Shown one piece after another: positions 1 through 12,292 of a DNA stretch of 64,000 nucleotides. How positions within the stretch are numbered: the first letter of the stretch is position 1; every line of letters starts with the position of its first letter. Where the stretch lies: assembly GCA_950097015.1 (NCBI GenBank), contig CATNEN010000025.1, forward strand, positions 7,936,001 to 8,000,000. The letters run 5' to 3'. A program made the translations under genes and the position numbers. Source of the DNA: Macrostomum hystrix (lineage: Eukaryota > Animalia > Platyhelminthes). The notes beneath the pieces are model-generated. The model was not told the DNA's origin. It made no database searches and was given only the letters and a program-made list of their open reading frames with translations.

Positions 1-395
1 GAAGGAGAGGAAGAGAAGGAGAGGAAGAGAAGGAGAGAGGGGAGAGGAAGGAGAGGAAGAGAAGGAGAGGAGAGAAGGAGAGGAAGAGAAGGAGAGGGAG
101 AGAAGGAGAGAGAGAAGGAGAGGAGAGAAGGAGAGGAAGCGAAGGAGAGAGGGAGAGAAGGGGAGGAAGAGAAGGGGAGGAAGAGAAGGAGAGGAAGAGA
201 AGGAGAGGAAGAGAAGGAGAGAGGGGAGAGGAAGGAGAGGAAGAGAAGGAGAGGAGAGAAGGAGAGGAAGAGAAGGAGAGGGAGAGAAGGAGAGAGAGAA
301 GGAGAGGAGAGAAGGAGAGGAAGCGAAGGAGAGAGGGAGAGAAGGGGAGGAAGAGAAGGAGAGGAAGAGAAGGAGAGGGAGAGAAAGAAAGGGGG
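1..395. repeat. GA-rich polypurine low-complexity tract (GAAGGAGAG-like units)
   Basis: Almost exclusively G/A bases; truncated by the window start. Confidence 0.95.
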
Positions 396-972
396 TGAGA
401 AATTGAGATAAATTATCGATATCAGATGAGACAGATCTAGGACCAAGTCGCTCAGTGCGGGCTGGTCTCACAATTGGGTTAGACCGCAACATTTGAGTGC
501 TGTTCGGCATGCAAATTAATGTTAAACTCTGAGCATCAATGTGCCAATTTGAGATTGGCTTTAAGCAACGCTGATTGGTATTGACAGGTATCTGATCATC
601 TTCCGTTTGTTTCTCCACAGAAAGCAATTTGACTGAGGCTTAGCAATAGGAGGATCAGGGGATCAGGCACTGATTAAATTCCTTCCCCATGACAGACTGA
701 TCTGTCAGACTGGGATTTCAGCGATTCCATTAAATCCCATTGGATTCTTCATTGACAAATCATGGGATATTTAACCCCCCACAGAATCTTCCACAAATTG
801 GAAATAAAACCAGAATGAACACAAGAAGAGGCAATCAGATTTGCTTGGGCGAAACTTGTCTTGCGGAAGACAGAATTGGTTGCGTCCAAGTTCTTTAAAT
901 ATGTTAATTAAAGTATGAGAACAAATGTGAGAAATTCGTGAGAAATCGATGTATTGATGTAATGAGTTTAGT

Positions 973-2937
973 GAATATGATAGATGAGAAGGAATATAAT
1001 AGATGAGAAGGAATATGATAGATTGATGAGAAGGAATATGATAGATAGATGAGAAGGAATATAATAGATAGATGAGAAGGAATATGATAGATTGATGAGA
1101 AGGAATATAATAGATAGATGAGAAGGAATATGATAGATAGATGAGAAGGAATATGATAGATAGATGAGAAGGAATATAAAAGATAGATGAGAAGGAATAT
1201 GAAAGATAGATGAGAAGGAATATAAAAGATAGATGAGAAGGAATATGAAAGATAGATGAGAAGGAATATAATAGATAGATGAGAAGGAATATGATAGATA
1301 GATGAGAAGGAATATGATAGATAGATGAGAAGGAATATGATAGATAGATGAGAAGGAATATGATAGATAGATGAGAAGGAATATGATAGATAGATGAGAA
1401 GGAATATGATAGATTGATGAGAAGGAATATGATAGATTGATGAGAAGGAATATGATTGATTGATGAGAAGGAATATGATAGATAGATGAGAAGGAATATG
1501 ATAGATAGATGAGAAGGAATATGATAGATTGATGAGAAGGAATATGATAGATTGATGAGAAGGAATATGATAGATTGATGAGAAGGAATATGATAGATTG
1601 ATGAGAAGGAATATGAAAGATAGATGAGAAGGAATATGATAGATAGATGAGAAGGAATATGATAGATAGATGAGAAGGAATATGATAGATAGATGAGAAG
1701 GAATATAATAGATAGATGAGAAGGAATGTGATAGATAGATGAGAAGGAATATGATAGATTGATGAGAAGGAATATGATAGATTGATGAGAAGGAATATGA
1801 TAGATAGATGAGAAGGAATATAATAGATAGATGAGAAGGAATATGATAGATTGATGAGAAGGAATATAATAGATAGATGAGAAGGAATATGATAGATAGA
1901 TGAGAAGGAATATGATAGATAGATGAGAAGGAATATAAAAGATAGATGAGAAGGAATATGAAAGATAGATGAGAAGGAATATAATAGATAGATGAGAAGG
2001 AATATGATAGATAGATGAGAAGGAATATGATAGATAGATGAGAAGGAATATGATAGATAGATGAGAAGGAATATGATAGATAGATGAGAAGGAATATGAT
2101 AGATGAGAAGGAATATGATAGATTGATGAGAAGGAATATGATAGATTGATGAGAAGGAATATGATTGATTGATGAGAAGGAATATGATAGATAGATGAGA
2201 AGGAATATGATAGATAGATGAGAAGGAATATGATAGATAGATGAGAAGGAATATGATAGATTGATGAGAAGGAATATGATAGATTGATGAGAAGGAATAT
2301 GATAGATTGATGAGAAGGAATATGATAGATTGATGAGAAGGAATATGAAAGATAGATGAGAAGGAATATGATAGATAGATGAGAAGGAATATGATAGATA
2401 GATGAGAAGGAATATGATAGATAGATGAGAAGGAATATAATAGATAGATGAGAAGGAATGTGATAGATTGATGAGAAGGAATGTGATAGATTGATGAGAA
2501 GGAATGTGATAGATTGATGAGAAGGAATATGATAGATTGATGAGAAGGAATATGATAGATTGATGAGAAGGAATATGATAGATTGATGAGAAGGAATATG
2601 AAAGATAGATGAGAAGGAATATGATAGATAGATGAGAAGGAATATGATAGATTGATGAGAAGGAATATGATAGATTGATGAGAAGGAATATAATAGATAG
2701 ATGAGAAGGAATATAATAGATAGATGAGAAGGAATGTGATAGATTGATGAGAAGGAATGTGATAGATTGATGAGAAGGAATATAATAGATTGATGAGAAG
2801 GAATATGATAGATTGATGAGAAGGAATATGATAGATTGATGAGAAGGAATATAATAGATTGATGAGAAGGAATATAATAGATAGATGAGAAGGAATGTGA
2901 TAGATTGATGAGAAGGAATATGATAGATTGATGAGAA
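973..2937. repeat. 23-nt minisatellite (GATGAGAAGGAATATGATAGAT[A/T]), about 85 copies
   Basis: Directly visible periodicity; all three minus-strand frames give the same 23-aa repeat. Confidence 0.97.
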
Positions 2938-3262
2938 AAAATGCAAAAAATGTAATTCGAAGGAAAGCAGACAATACTAAAGGTCAAACAGCTAGAAAAA
3001 TGAAAACAATATTTCTTTACCAGAAGAAATCATTGAAGATGACAGAAGCAGACACCAGGGAGAATCGGCTATTCGCATGCTGGACATTGAGTCATCGGCT
3101 GAGCAGTTCTAACAAATGGAAGGCGGACCCAAAAAGGAAGAAAAAAAAGAGGAGAGAGCAGAAGTGAAGTGTCGAAATGGGGCATAAAGAGGCTGGCTGG
3201 GAAGAAAAGGATTTTCACGATGGGATGCTGGACACTGAGGGGATGAAGGAGGGAGATGGGAA

Positions 3263-3265
<3 letters not shown>

Positions 3266-3300
<35 letters not shown>
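3266..3300. repeat. (GT)n microsatellite
   Basis: Direct reading. Confidence 0.95.
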
Positions 3301-3302
<2 letters not shown>

Positions 3303-3600
3303 ACGCGGACGTGGCAGAGAAAGAAATTAGCGTTTATCGGGCCGAAACGAAATTGGCAAGCGGCCTCTTAAAGACTGGCTGGCCGAGGACAACAGTTTGG
3401 GGGAGGGCCTAGACTATAGCGGGATAAATCTGGCTAGGGATATTTTATGGCAAATTCCGATCCCTAAGTCGCCATTGGCAGGCCAGACCAGTTTAACTTT
3501 TCCCGATAGCGAAGAATCGAGACTGAGTTAGAGAGGAAAGCAATTTATAAATATTTCCGCAACATTTTCGAGAACTAAGCAAAACTTGACAATATAATAT

Positions 3601-3868
3601 GGAATGGGATGGGGTGGGACGGGATGGGATGGGACGGGATGGGATGGGATGGGATGGGATGGGATGGGACGGGATGGGATGGGATAGTATGGGATGGGAT
3701 GAGATGGGATGAGATGGGATGGGATGGGATGGGATGAGAAGGGATGGGATGGGATGGGATGGGATGGGATGGGACGGGATGGGATGGGATGGGATAGTAT
3801 GGGATGGTATGTGATGGTATGGGATGGGTTGGGATGGGATGAGATGGGATGAGATGGGATGGGATGGG
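3601..3868. repeat. (GGGAT)n pentanucleotide satellite
   Basis: Direct reading; GGG runs every 5 nt. Confidence 0.95.
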
Positions 3869-4375
3869 TAGGTGGTATATGATGCCTAGGGATCGTTTTG
3901 AAGCTATATCTACCGTAAAATCTGCAGCCTATTACACTTCTAACTTTCGTGACGAAGCCGTTTTCGCCAGAAGGGAGTTACTCTCTCTGAAAAAAAATTA
4001 TTTCTAGAGCAGTAACAAACATATTCTGTAAAAAAATATTGAAAAGTTTAGCAGCTCCGGTGTGAAGCTACTTGATTCTTCCCAGAGTCCTCGTCAGTTG
4101 ATTCCGGCCCATTACTCTCGGCCTCTAATTCTCTTTCTCTTATTCCCCAGCTCCACCTAGAAATCCCTCAGAAGGGATTAGAGAAACTGATTGCCTGGGG
4201 ATTTCTCTATTGGAGTGAGAGAGAGGGAGAGTTGCTTGTCCTCGGAGGATCCCCATTCAGAAAATCCCACTGCAGCAATTGCAACTGCGGATGCCTTTTT
4301 TACGTTCAATTTTGGCATCTGGGCCAATCAGTGCACGGCAAATCACTTCGAACACAACTGAGCGGGAACTCAACT

Positions 4376-5160
4376 TCATTCTTCATTCTTCGTTCTTCGT
4401 TCTTCGTTCTTTATTCTGCAGTCTTCATTCTTCATTATTCAATAATTATTATTAATTTCTCATTATTAATTATTCAATCATTAGTATTCATTTTTCATTT
4501 TTCATTCTTCATTCTTCGTTCTTCATTATTCATTCTTCATTCTGCATTCTTCGTTCTTCATTATTCATTATTCAGTCTTCATTCTTCATTCTTCGTTCTT
4601 CGTCCTTCGTTCTTCATTCTTCATTCTTCATTCTTCATTCTTCATTCTTCATTCTTCGTTCTTCGTCCTTCGTTCTTCATTCTTCATTCTTCATTCTTCG
4701 TTCTTTATTATTCATTCTTCATTCTGCATTCTTCGTTCTTCATTATTCATTATTCAGTCTTCATTCTTCATTCTTCGTTCTTCGTCCTTCGTTCTTCATT
4801 CTTCATTCTTCATTCTTCATTCTTCATTCTTCATTCTTCGTTCTTCGTCCTTCGTTCTTCATTCTTCATTCTTCATTCTTCGTTCTTTATTATTCATTCT
4901 TCATTCTTCATTCTTCATTCTTCATTCTTCATTCTTCATTCTTCATTCTTCATTCTTCATTCTTCATTCTTCGTTCTTCGTCCTTCGTTCTTCATTCTTC
5001 ATTCTTCATTCTTCATTCTTCGTTCTTCGTCCTTCGTTCTTCATTCTTCATTCTTCATTCTTCATTCTTCATTCTTCATTCTTCGTTCTTCGTCCTTCGT
5101 TCTTCATTCTTCATTGTTTATTCTTCACTCTTCACTCTTCACTCTTCATTCTTCATTCTT
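4376..5160. repeat. (TTCTTCA/TTCTTCG)n 7-nt repeat
   Basis: Direct reading. Confidence 0.93.
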
Positions 5161-6039
5161 ACTATTCGCAGACAGATTTCCTGGAAAGTTTCGGGTCAAA
5201 TCGCCACTCAATAGAAGTAGATTAGGAGCAGCGGAAAGTCTATAAGGCTGAGACATCATCACCCTCCATAGGCAGTTGAGTGACTCAAGTTTAGGGGCTT
5301 CAGTTGTTATCATGTTTCACCCGCATCCTGAATCTCAACTTCCCTTTCTTTTATCCCCATCCTTCCCGTCCGTAGTGCGGCCCGATTCTCCCGCAAATCC
5401 CCATTCGCTCTAAAAAGGCTTAGCTAACTATTCTCCGAGTCAGAACTCATCTAGATCGAATTTCTAGACTTTGCACCAGCAACGGGATTTGAGCACTTCT
5501 CAAACTAACGGTCTCTCTGAATCCTTCGAAATTCCCCCTCCAAGGGAGTTGTAATTTCACTTTATTCTGAAGTCTGTGCACCGCGTTGCTGTTCAGGACT
5601 CTGGGATCCAGACCCAGTTTTATCGATCTGATTCTCTCTGTAGAAAGCGGGAACTCAAATCACTTCAGCTCTGGGAGGAATTTTGGAGAGCGCGGCCCCC
5701 ACTAGAAAGCCACTTTCATATAGTAAACCAAATTCTAGACTTGAAGTGATGAGCAGTCTTTGAGCACCATCAGCGGGGCTGCTTCGGATTTTCAGGTTTG
5801 ACAAAAAGTGCAAAATTTAGATTCCATCGATGACTGGATTCGGAACAAGTGATTAAATTCACTCCGTGTCAAGCGCTGCAATGAGTGGGTGACAAAAATG
5901 ACAGCTTCTGTGTAATGGAAGCTTTTCGATAGCTGAGAATATCGATTGTCTGAATCAACATTTCTTCGGGGTAATGGGTTATGGATTTTAGATTATTCCA
6001 GGGCCAAAGCAAGCAATAGATTTAACACTCTAAATAAGA

Positions 6040-6375
6040 TCTGGCCATAGACATTATACACTCACTAATTGGAGTGAGACCATAGACATTCTGACGGGAC
6101 TTGACTAATTGGGATTTGGCCATAGACATTATGGGCGCTCTAATTGGTATCTGGCCATAGACAGTATACACTCACTGATTTGAGTGATACCATAGACATT
6201 GTGACACTCTCTAGTTGGGATTTGGTCATAGACATTATGACGCTTTAACTGGAATTCGGCCATAGACAGTATGAGGCTCTAACTGGAATTTGGCCATAGA
6301 CAGTATGACGCTCTAACTTGGATTTTGCCATCGAAATCAAGACAATCTATTTGGGATCTGACCATAGACATTACA
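6040..6375. repeat. Diverged ~35-nt minisatellite with conserved CCATAGACA core
   Basis: Core or near-core at 6045, 6080, 6120, 6155, 6190, 6226, 6260, 6294 and 6362, plus a partial unit at 6328. Confidence 0.85.
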
Positions 6376-7139
6376 GGCTCTGTAAATAGTATTGTACAGT
6401 ATAAAGAATTCATAGTAATTTGATCCAAGATAAAAAATCAGTCAGATTATCGTGACAAATAGCATAAAATATGTTTGCTTATCTAGTTAGCAGTAATGCT
6501 ATAATGATGTGCTATATCTATGACCTGCTGAGCACCAAAGATTAGTTAAAAGTGTGCTCAGTGATCAGCGAGTGCCGCTGTCTAGTGAGCTAGTGAGTAA
6601 AAACGATAGACTGGAGCTGAGAGGACAAGGACTAGAGTGGGGTGGGGTGGCGCCAGGTAGGGCCGACAGATATATGGCAATTTGATTATAAGGCACGCGG
6701 CGTCATGCAATTTTTCGGCGCCACTCAGAGACCAAAGCAGAATTTTTTGTGGATGACTTATCACCCCGCATCCCCATCTATCTCTCACAAACTCCCAAAG
6801 AGAGCAACTCAGGTAAATATAGAGAAATTTGGTAACTTATTGTGTTGTAGTTTCACCCTCTGTCAGCGGGCTGATCAATGAGTAGCGGGAGGCAGTGGTA
6901 ATGCTAGTAATAATAATGCTGGCTATAACAATCATGCCAGCCATTATTTATTGATATGAGTGCGTATGGGAGATGCGAAAACTTGTGTCAGCCAAGTGCG
7001 GGATAAAATCCCAAAAACATGATTCTAAAGTTAACGGCCAGGAAAGGATTTTACATAATTGGCTACAACGCAGATGTAAGAAAAATTATGCACATTAAAC
7101 ACAAAACACGGGCAAAAGCTAGAAAGTCAGTCTTAGGAG

Positions 7140-7560
7140 CCGGGAAGTCACTCTGGAAGGGAATTTTAAGAGTTACCCTGGAAGTTTAAAAGTCACTCTG
7201 GAAGGGAAGTTTTAAAGTTACTCTCTCTCTCTGGAAGTTTAAAAGTCAGTCTGGAAGTTAAAAAGTCAGTCTGGAAGTAAGAAAGTCACTCTGTAAGTAA
7301 GAAAGTCACTCTGGAAGTAATAATGTCACTCTGGAAGTAAGAATGTCACTCTGGAAGTAAGAAAGTCACTCTGGAAGTAAGAAGGTCACTCTGGAAGTAA
7401 GAAGGTCACTCTGGAAGTAAGAAGGTCACTCTGGAAGTAAGAAGGTCACTCTGGAAGTAAGAAGGTTACTCTGGAAAGTAAGAAGGTCACTCTGGAAGTA
7501 AAAATGTGACTCTGGAAGTAAGAAGGTCACTCTTAAAGCTAGAAAGTCACTCTGGAAGCA
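7140..7560. repeat. ~20-nt minisatellite (AAGTCACTCTGGAAGTAAGA)
   Basis: Direct periodicity. Confidence 0.9.
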
Positions 7561-8002
7561 ATAGACTCACTAAAAAAATCAAGAAGTCACTCTGGCATCT
7601 GGAGTTCATTTTGATTTTTAAGACACTCTGGCAGACAGAAAGTAATTTAACACTCTGAATAGTATTGCCATAGCTTAAGAGTATGGCATTTCTTTAAAGT
7701 TAAAACATATTCATTCCACACAAGAAACCTCCAAAAATTTTCTGTTTCCAAGTTAAAGAACTTTCTTTAGCGTGAGGTCACTCAGCTAGGCATTGGACAC
7801 GATAAGTTACTTTGCTTTCTGCACAAACCCGCAACTGATGGAGTGGCTTGTCGCTATGCGAACCGATTTTTTGGGAAGTTTCGGGTGAAATTACTGTCCG
7901 GGGTTGTATCTGTCCATTTAGGAAATCGATCTCCCTTGCTGTGCCACGCTAGCTCGTTGGTTCCTGCAAGTCATGCAACAGGTTTTAGAATAATTTTTTC
8001 AG

Positions 8003-8135
8003 GTACAGTGTCGGACTCAAGACTTGAATGTCGCGGGTTCGATTCCTGACTCCACAGGAATAATTTAGATCTTTTAGCAAGACACTTAATTCTATTTAGT
8101 ATATTGCGATTTAGCTCGGATAATTGAGGTGGGTC
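8003..8135 (+). mobile_element. 5'-truncated tRNA-derived SINE relic
   Basis: B-box GGTTCGATTCC at 8036-8046 in a T-arm-like stem (GCGGG/CCTGA), anticodon-arm-like CTCAAGA upstream, and AGCAAGACACTTAA at 8076-8089 resembling the start of CORE-type SINE bodies. Confidence 0.5.
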
Positions 8136-8785
8136 TGATCTCCACTCTCCTGATCTCCCACTCTCCTGATCTCCCACTCTCCCACTCTCCTGATCTCCCA
8201 CTCTCCTGATCTCCCACTCTCCTGATCTCCCACTCTCCCACTCTCCTGATCTCCCACTCTCCTGATCTCCACTCTCCTGATCTCCCACTCTCCCACTCTT
8301 CTGATCTCCCACTCTCCTGATCTCCCACTCTCCCACTCTCCTGATCTCCCACTCTCCCACTCTCCTGATCTCCCACTCTCCCACTCTCCTGATCTCCACT
8401 CTCCTGATCTCCCACTCTCCCACTCTTCTGATCTCCCACTCTCCTGATCTCCCACTCTCCCACTCTCCTGATCTCCCACTCTCCCACTCTCCTGATCTCC
8501 CACTCTCCCACTCTTCTGATCTCCCACTCTCCTGATCTCCCACTCTCCCACTCTCCTGATCTCCCACTCTCCCACTCTTCTGATCTCCCACTCTCCCACT
8601 CTCCCACTCTCCTGATCTCCCACTCTCCCACTCTCCCACTCTCCTGATCTCCCACTCTCCTGATCTCCCACTCTCCCACTCTCCTGATCTCCACTCTCCT
8701 GATCTCCACTCTCCTGATCTCCACTCTCCTGATCTCCACTCTCCCACTCTCCCTCCCTCTCTCCCTCTCTCCCTCTCTCCCACTT
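8136..8785. repeat. Pyrimidine-rich composite repeat (CTCCCACT / CTCCTGAT units)
   Basis: Direct reading. Confidence 0.93.
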
Positions 8786-9080
8786 TCCTAGCCACAGAAA
8801 CTTATCGCCCAGGTAAAGCACAGACTTCTCTCTACAATGTTTTAGAAAGCTAAAGCAGTGTTTTGCAATGCAGAAAATGCATCATTCATGAGCCACTGAC
8901 TGTGAGACCAGTTGAGCAGCTTACCTATTGATACTGGCTGCGAGAACCTAGTGCAACTTGTTTCTCAAACTTACATACCGTTTAAGTCCTGAAAAGTAAA
9001 GTAGAGACCTTGAATTTACTTTTCCTGCAATTTTTATACTCAATAGTACCCCTCGTTTCATTTTCACTCTATTTCTCCTT

Positions 9081-9690
9081 CTATCCACTGTTCTATCCTC
9101 TGTTCTATCCACTGTTCTATTCACTGTTCTATTCACTGTTCTATCCACTGTTCTATCCACTGTTCTATCCACTGTTCTATCCTCTGTTCTATCCTCTGTT
9201 CTATTCACTGTTCTATTCACTGTTCTATCCACTGTTCTATCCTCTGTTCTATTCACTGTTCTATTCACTGTTCTATCCACTGTTCTATCCTCTGTTCTTA
9301 TCCACTGTTCTATTCACTGTTCTATTCACTGTTCTATCCTCTGTTCTTATCCACTGTTCTATCCACTGTTCTATCCACTGTTCTATCCACTGTTCTATCC
9401 ACTGTTCTATCCTCTGTTCTATTCACTGTTCTATTCACTGTTCTATTCACTGTTCTATCCTCTGTTCTTATCCACTGTTCTATCCACTGTTCTATCCACT
9501 GTTCTATCCACTGTTCTATCCACTGTTCTATCCACTGTTCTATCCTCTGTTCTATTCACTGTTCTATTCACTGTTCTATCCACTGTTCTATCCACTGTTC
9601 TATCCACTGTTCTATCCACTGTTCTATCCACTGTTCTATCCACTGTTCTATCCACTGTTCTATCTACTGTTCTATCTACTGTTCTATCCC
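9081..9690. repeat. 12-nt minisatellite (CACTGTTCTAT[C/T])
   Basis: Direct periodicity. Confidence 0.95.
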
Positions 9691-10384
9691 CCATTCTATC
9701 CGTATTCAATTCCTCATTCAATGTCTATACAATCGGCAGCTCTGACTCAGATTGAGTTGCATTAGCCGCAATGCTCAGTTGTCCCACTGAAGCATTGGAT
9801 CCACTTGAAACTCAAGTAGGTCATTTCCCATCTTCCAATCTTTTGCCTTCACTCGCCCGGCTTCAGAAATATTGGCCTGATTTCCAGCCACCGGCAGGAG
9901 GAACAAGTCTTTGGTAGGCCAAATGCCAAAACACTTTAAACTAGCTTTTCTTAACCTCCGCTCCTAGGAGCAGCCCTTCAAGTGGCCGATGCTTCTGTTT
10001 TTTCGCATCCGTTTTTTTGCTGTGATTTCCCATCCAAAGCGACGGTAAGTGGAAGCATTAAATCCTCTTTGTTGTTAGGGCGGGGGAGAAGAATCGGTGT
10101 TTCTGGTCATCAATGAACCCACCGATTGTTACAATACTTTCCTGGCGAGCGGCATCAATGATCCACTTTCACCAGAAACGGCTCTCTGAAGGCTCTCTTA
10201 CAAGAGAAGAACTGCTACTTTAAGAAGTTGGCTTCTTCAATGGAAACAAAAAATTCTTCCTTGGTGTTGGGACAACTCAGCCTGACCTGGAAGCTAGTGA
10301 TTTTATAGCTGCATTGTTCTCATTTTCTATTTTCATATCTTCAGCTCGAGTGCTTCCTAAATGAAACCTGTTTTCTCTTGGAAC

Positions 10385-10970
10385 CTCATCTCCCTTCTCA
10401 GAATATCTTCATCTCCACTCTCAGAATCTTTATCTCCCCTTTCAAAACCGTCATCTCCCCTCTTAGAACCATCATCTCCACTCTCAGAATATCTTCATCT
10501 TCCCTCTCAGAATCTTCATCTTCCCTCTCAGAACCATCATCTCCCCTCTCAGAATATTTTCATCTTCCCTCTCAGAATCTTCATCTTCCCTCTCAGAATC
10601 TTAATCTCCCCTCTCAGAATCTTTATCTCCCCTCTCAGAATCTTAATCTCCCCTCTCAGAATCTTCATCTCCCCTCTCAGAATCTTAATCTCCCCTCTCA
10701 GAATCTTCATCTCCCCTCTTAGAACCTTCATCTCCCCTCTCAGAATATCTTCATCTTCCCTCTCAGAACCATCATCTCCCCTCTCAGAACCTTCATCTCC
10801 CCTCTTAGAACCTTCATCTCCCCTCTCAGAATATCTTCATCTTCCCTCTCAGAACCATCATCTCTCCTCTCAGAATCTTAATCTCCACTCTTAGAACCTT
10901 CATCTCCCCTCTCAGAATATATTCATCTTCCCTCTCAGAACCTTCATCTCCCCCTCGAAACCTTCATCTC
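10385..10970. repeat. ~21-22-nt minisatellite (CTCTCAGAATCTTCATCTCCC)
   Basis: Direct periodicity. Confidence 0.9.
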
Positions 10971-11569
10971 ACTGTCTTTTCCTTCATCTCGTCCTTCTGG
11001 ACCCTGTGTTTCATTCGCTATTATCTCTCTCGTTCCCAATTGCTTTCTTTTGTGTCTGTCACGTTCCAAAGTGCAGTGAGCAGAAAAACGCCACTTTTTC
11101 CCTTTCCTTTGTGGCCATGCCGTTTAGGGGATTTTAAACGCGCACATAAATTTCCTATTTTCCATCCCCCCATTAATTATTGAGAATTCTTAACTAACAA
11201 ATCCTAGAGCCAATGCGAGTTGGCCGGTGTTTGTGTTTTGGAAAGAGAGAAATTAATGCCAGGTTAATTATTGTCAGTTGCCATGGGCCTGATTATCATT
11301 CTCTCAGAGAAGGGAAATTATTTTGGGGATTTCGGGAGGCAGCTTAAACTGAGTCAGACTGGATATTTAAAAGTCTAGTTAGAGAAGACACTTGGATCTA
11401 CATCGGAATAAATGAATATAATTTAAGCCGATTTTGAAGGAGCCATGATTCTAATACATTTCTTAGAATATCGATAATTCGGGTCTTGTTTTAAGTAAAA
11501 GTACAATTACTTTAAGTTTTTCAAAATACTGGCTTAGAACTTCTCGCTAATTGGTCCCTTTATCTCCCT

Positions 11570-12090
11570 CCCTGTCCCTTTATCTACCTTCCCTGTCCCT
11601 TCATCTACCTTCTCATTCCCTTCATCTACCTTCCCTGTCCCTTCATCTCCCTCCCTGTCCCTTCATCTCCCTTCTTATTCCCTTCATCTACCTTCTCATT
11701 CCCTTCATCTACCTTCTCATTCCCTTCATCTACCTTCTCATTCCCTTCATCTACCTTCTCATTCCCTTCATCTACCTTCTCATTTCCTTCATCCACCTTC
11801 TCATTCCGTTCATCCACCTTCTCATTCCCTTCATCTACCTTCTCATTTCCTTCATCCACCTTCTCATTCCCTTCATCCACCTTCTCATTCCCTTCATCTA
11901 CCTTCTCATTCCCTTCATCTCCCATCCCTGTCCCTTCATCATCTCCCTTCCATGTCCCTTCATCTACCTTCTCATTCCCTTCATCTACCTTCTCATTCCC
12001 TTCATCTACCTTCCCTATCCCTTCATCTCCCTTGCCTATCCCTTCATCTACTTTCTCATTCCCTTCATCCACCTTCTCATTCCCTTCATA
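11570..12090. repeat. 21-nt minisatellite (CCTTCATCTACCTTCTCATTC)
   Basis: Direct periodicity. Confidence 0.92.
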
Positions 12091-12292
12091 TCGCTTGAGT
12101 ACTAGAGAATCTATAGGATTTTTTCTAAGGTAATTTAGGCTGGTTTAAACAGACGGCGAGCATTGTATTGGGCCTTGACTTACTTGACTTAGCGGCAGGG
12201 GGCCTCCATGACGGACGCAGCGAGGAGGCGGCTGTTGCCGCCCATATCGCTAACCCCTGGCAGCCAGACGGCCTCCAGCGAGGCGGTGCCGC

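Noticed and set aside
6040-6375. CRISPR-like repeat/spacer appearance
   Set aside because: Linkers are homologous to each other, the core is only about 9-15 nt, and there are no cas genes
771-11000. Long ORFs over arrays (771-2987, 4232-5245, 7971-8821, 9010-9765, 10361-10894)
   Set aside because: Translations are pure periodic repeats open in several frames; they are artefacts of stop-free repeat units
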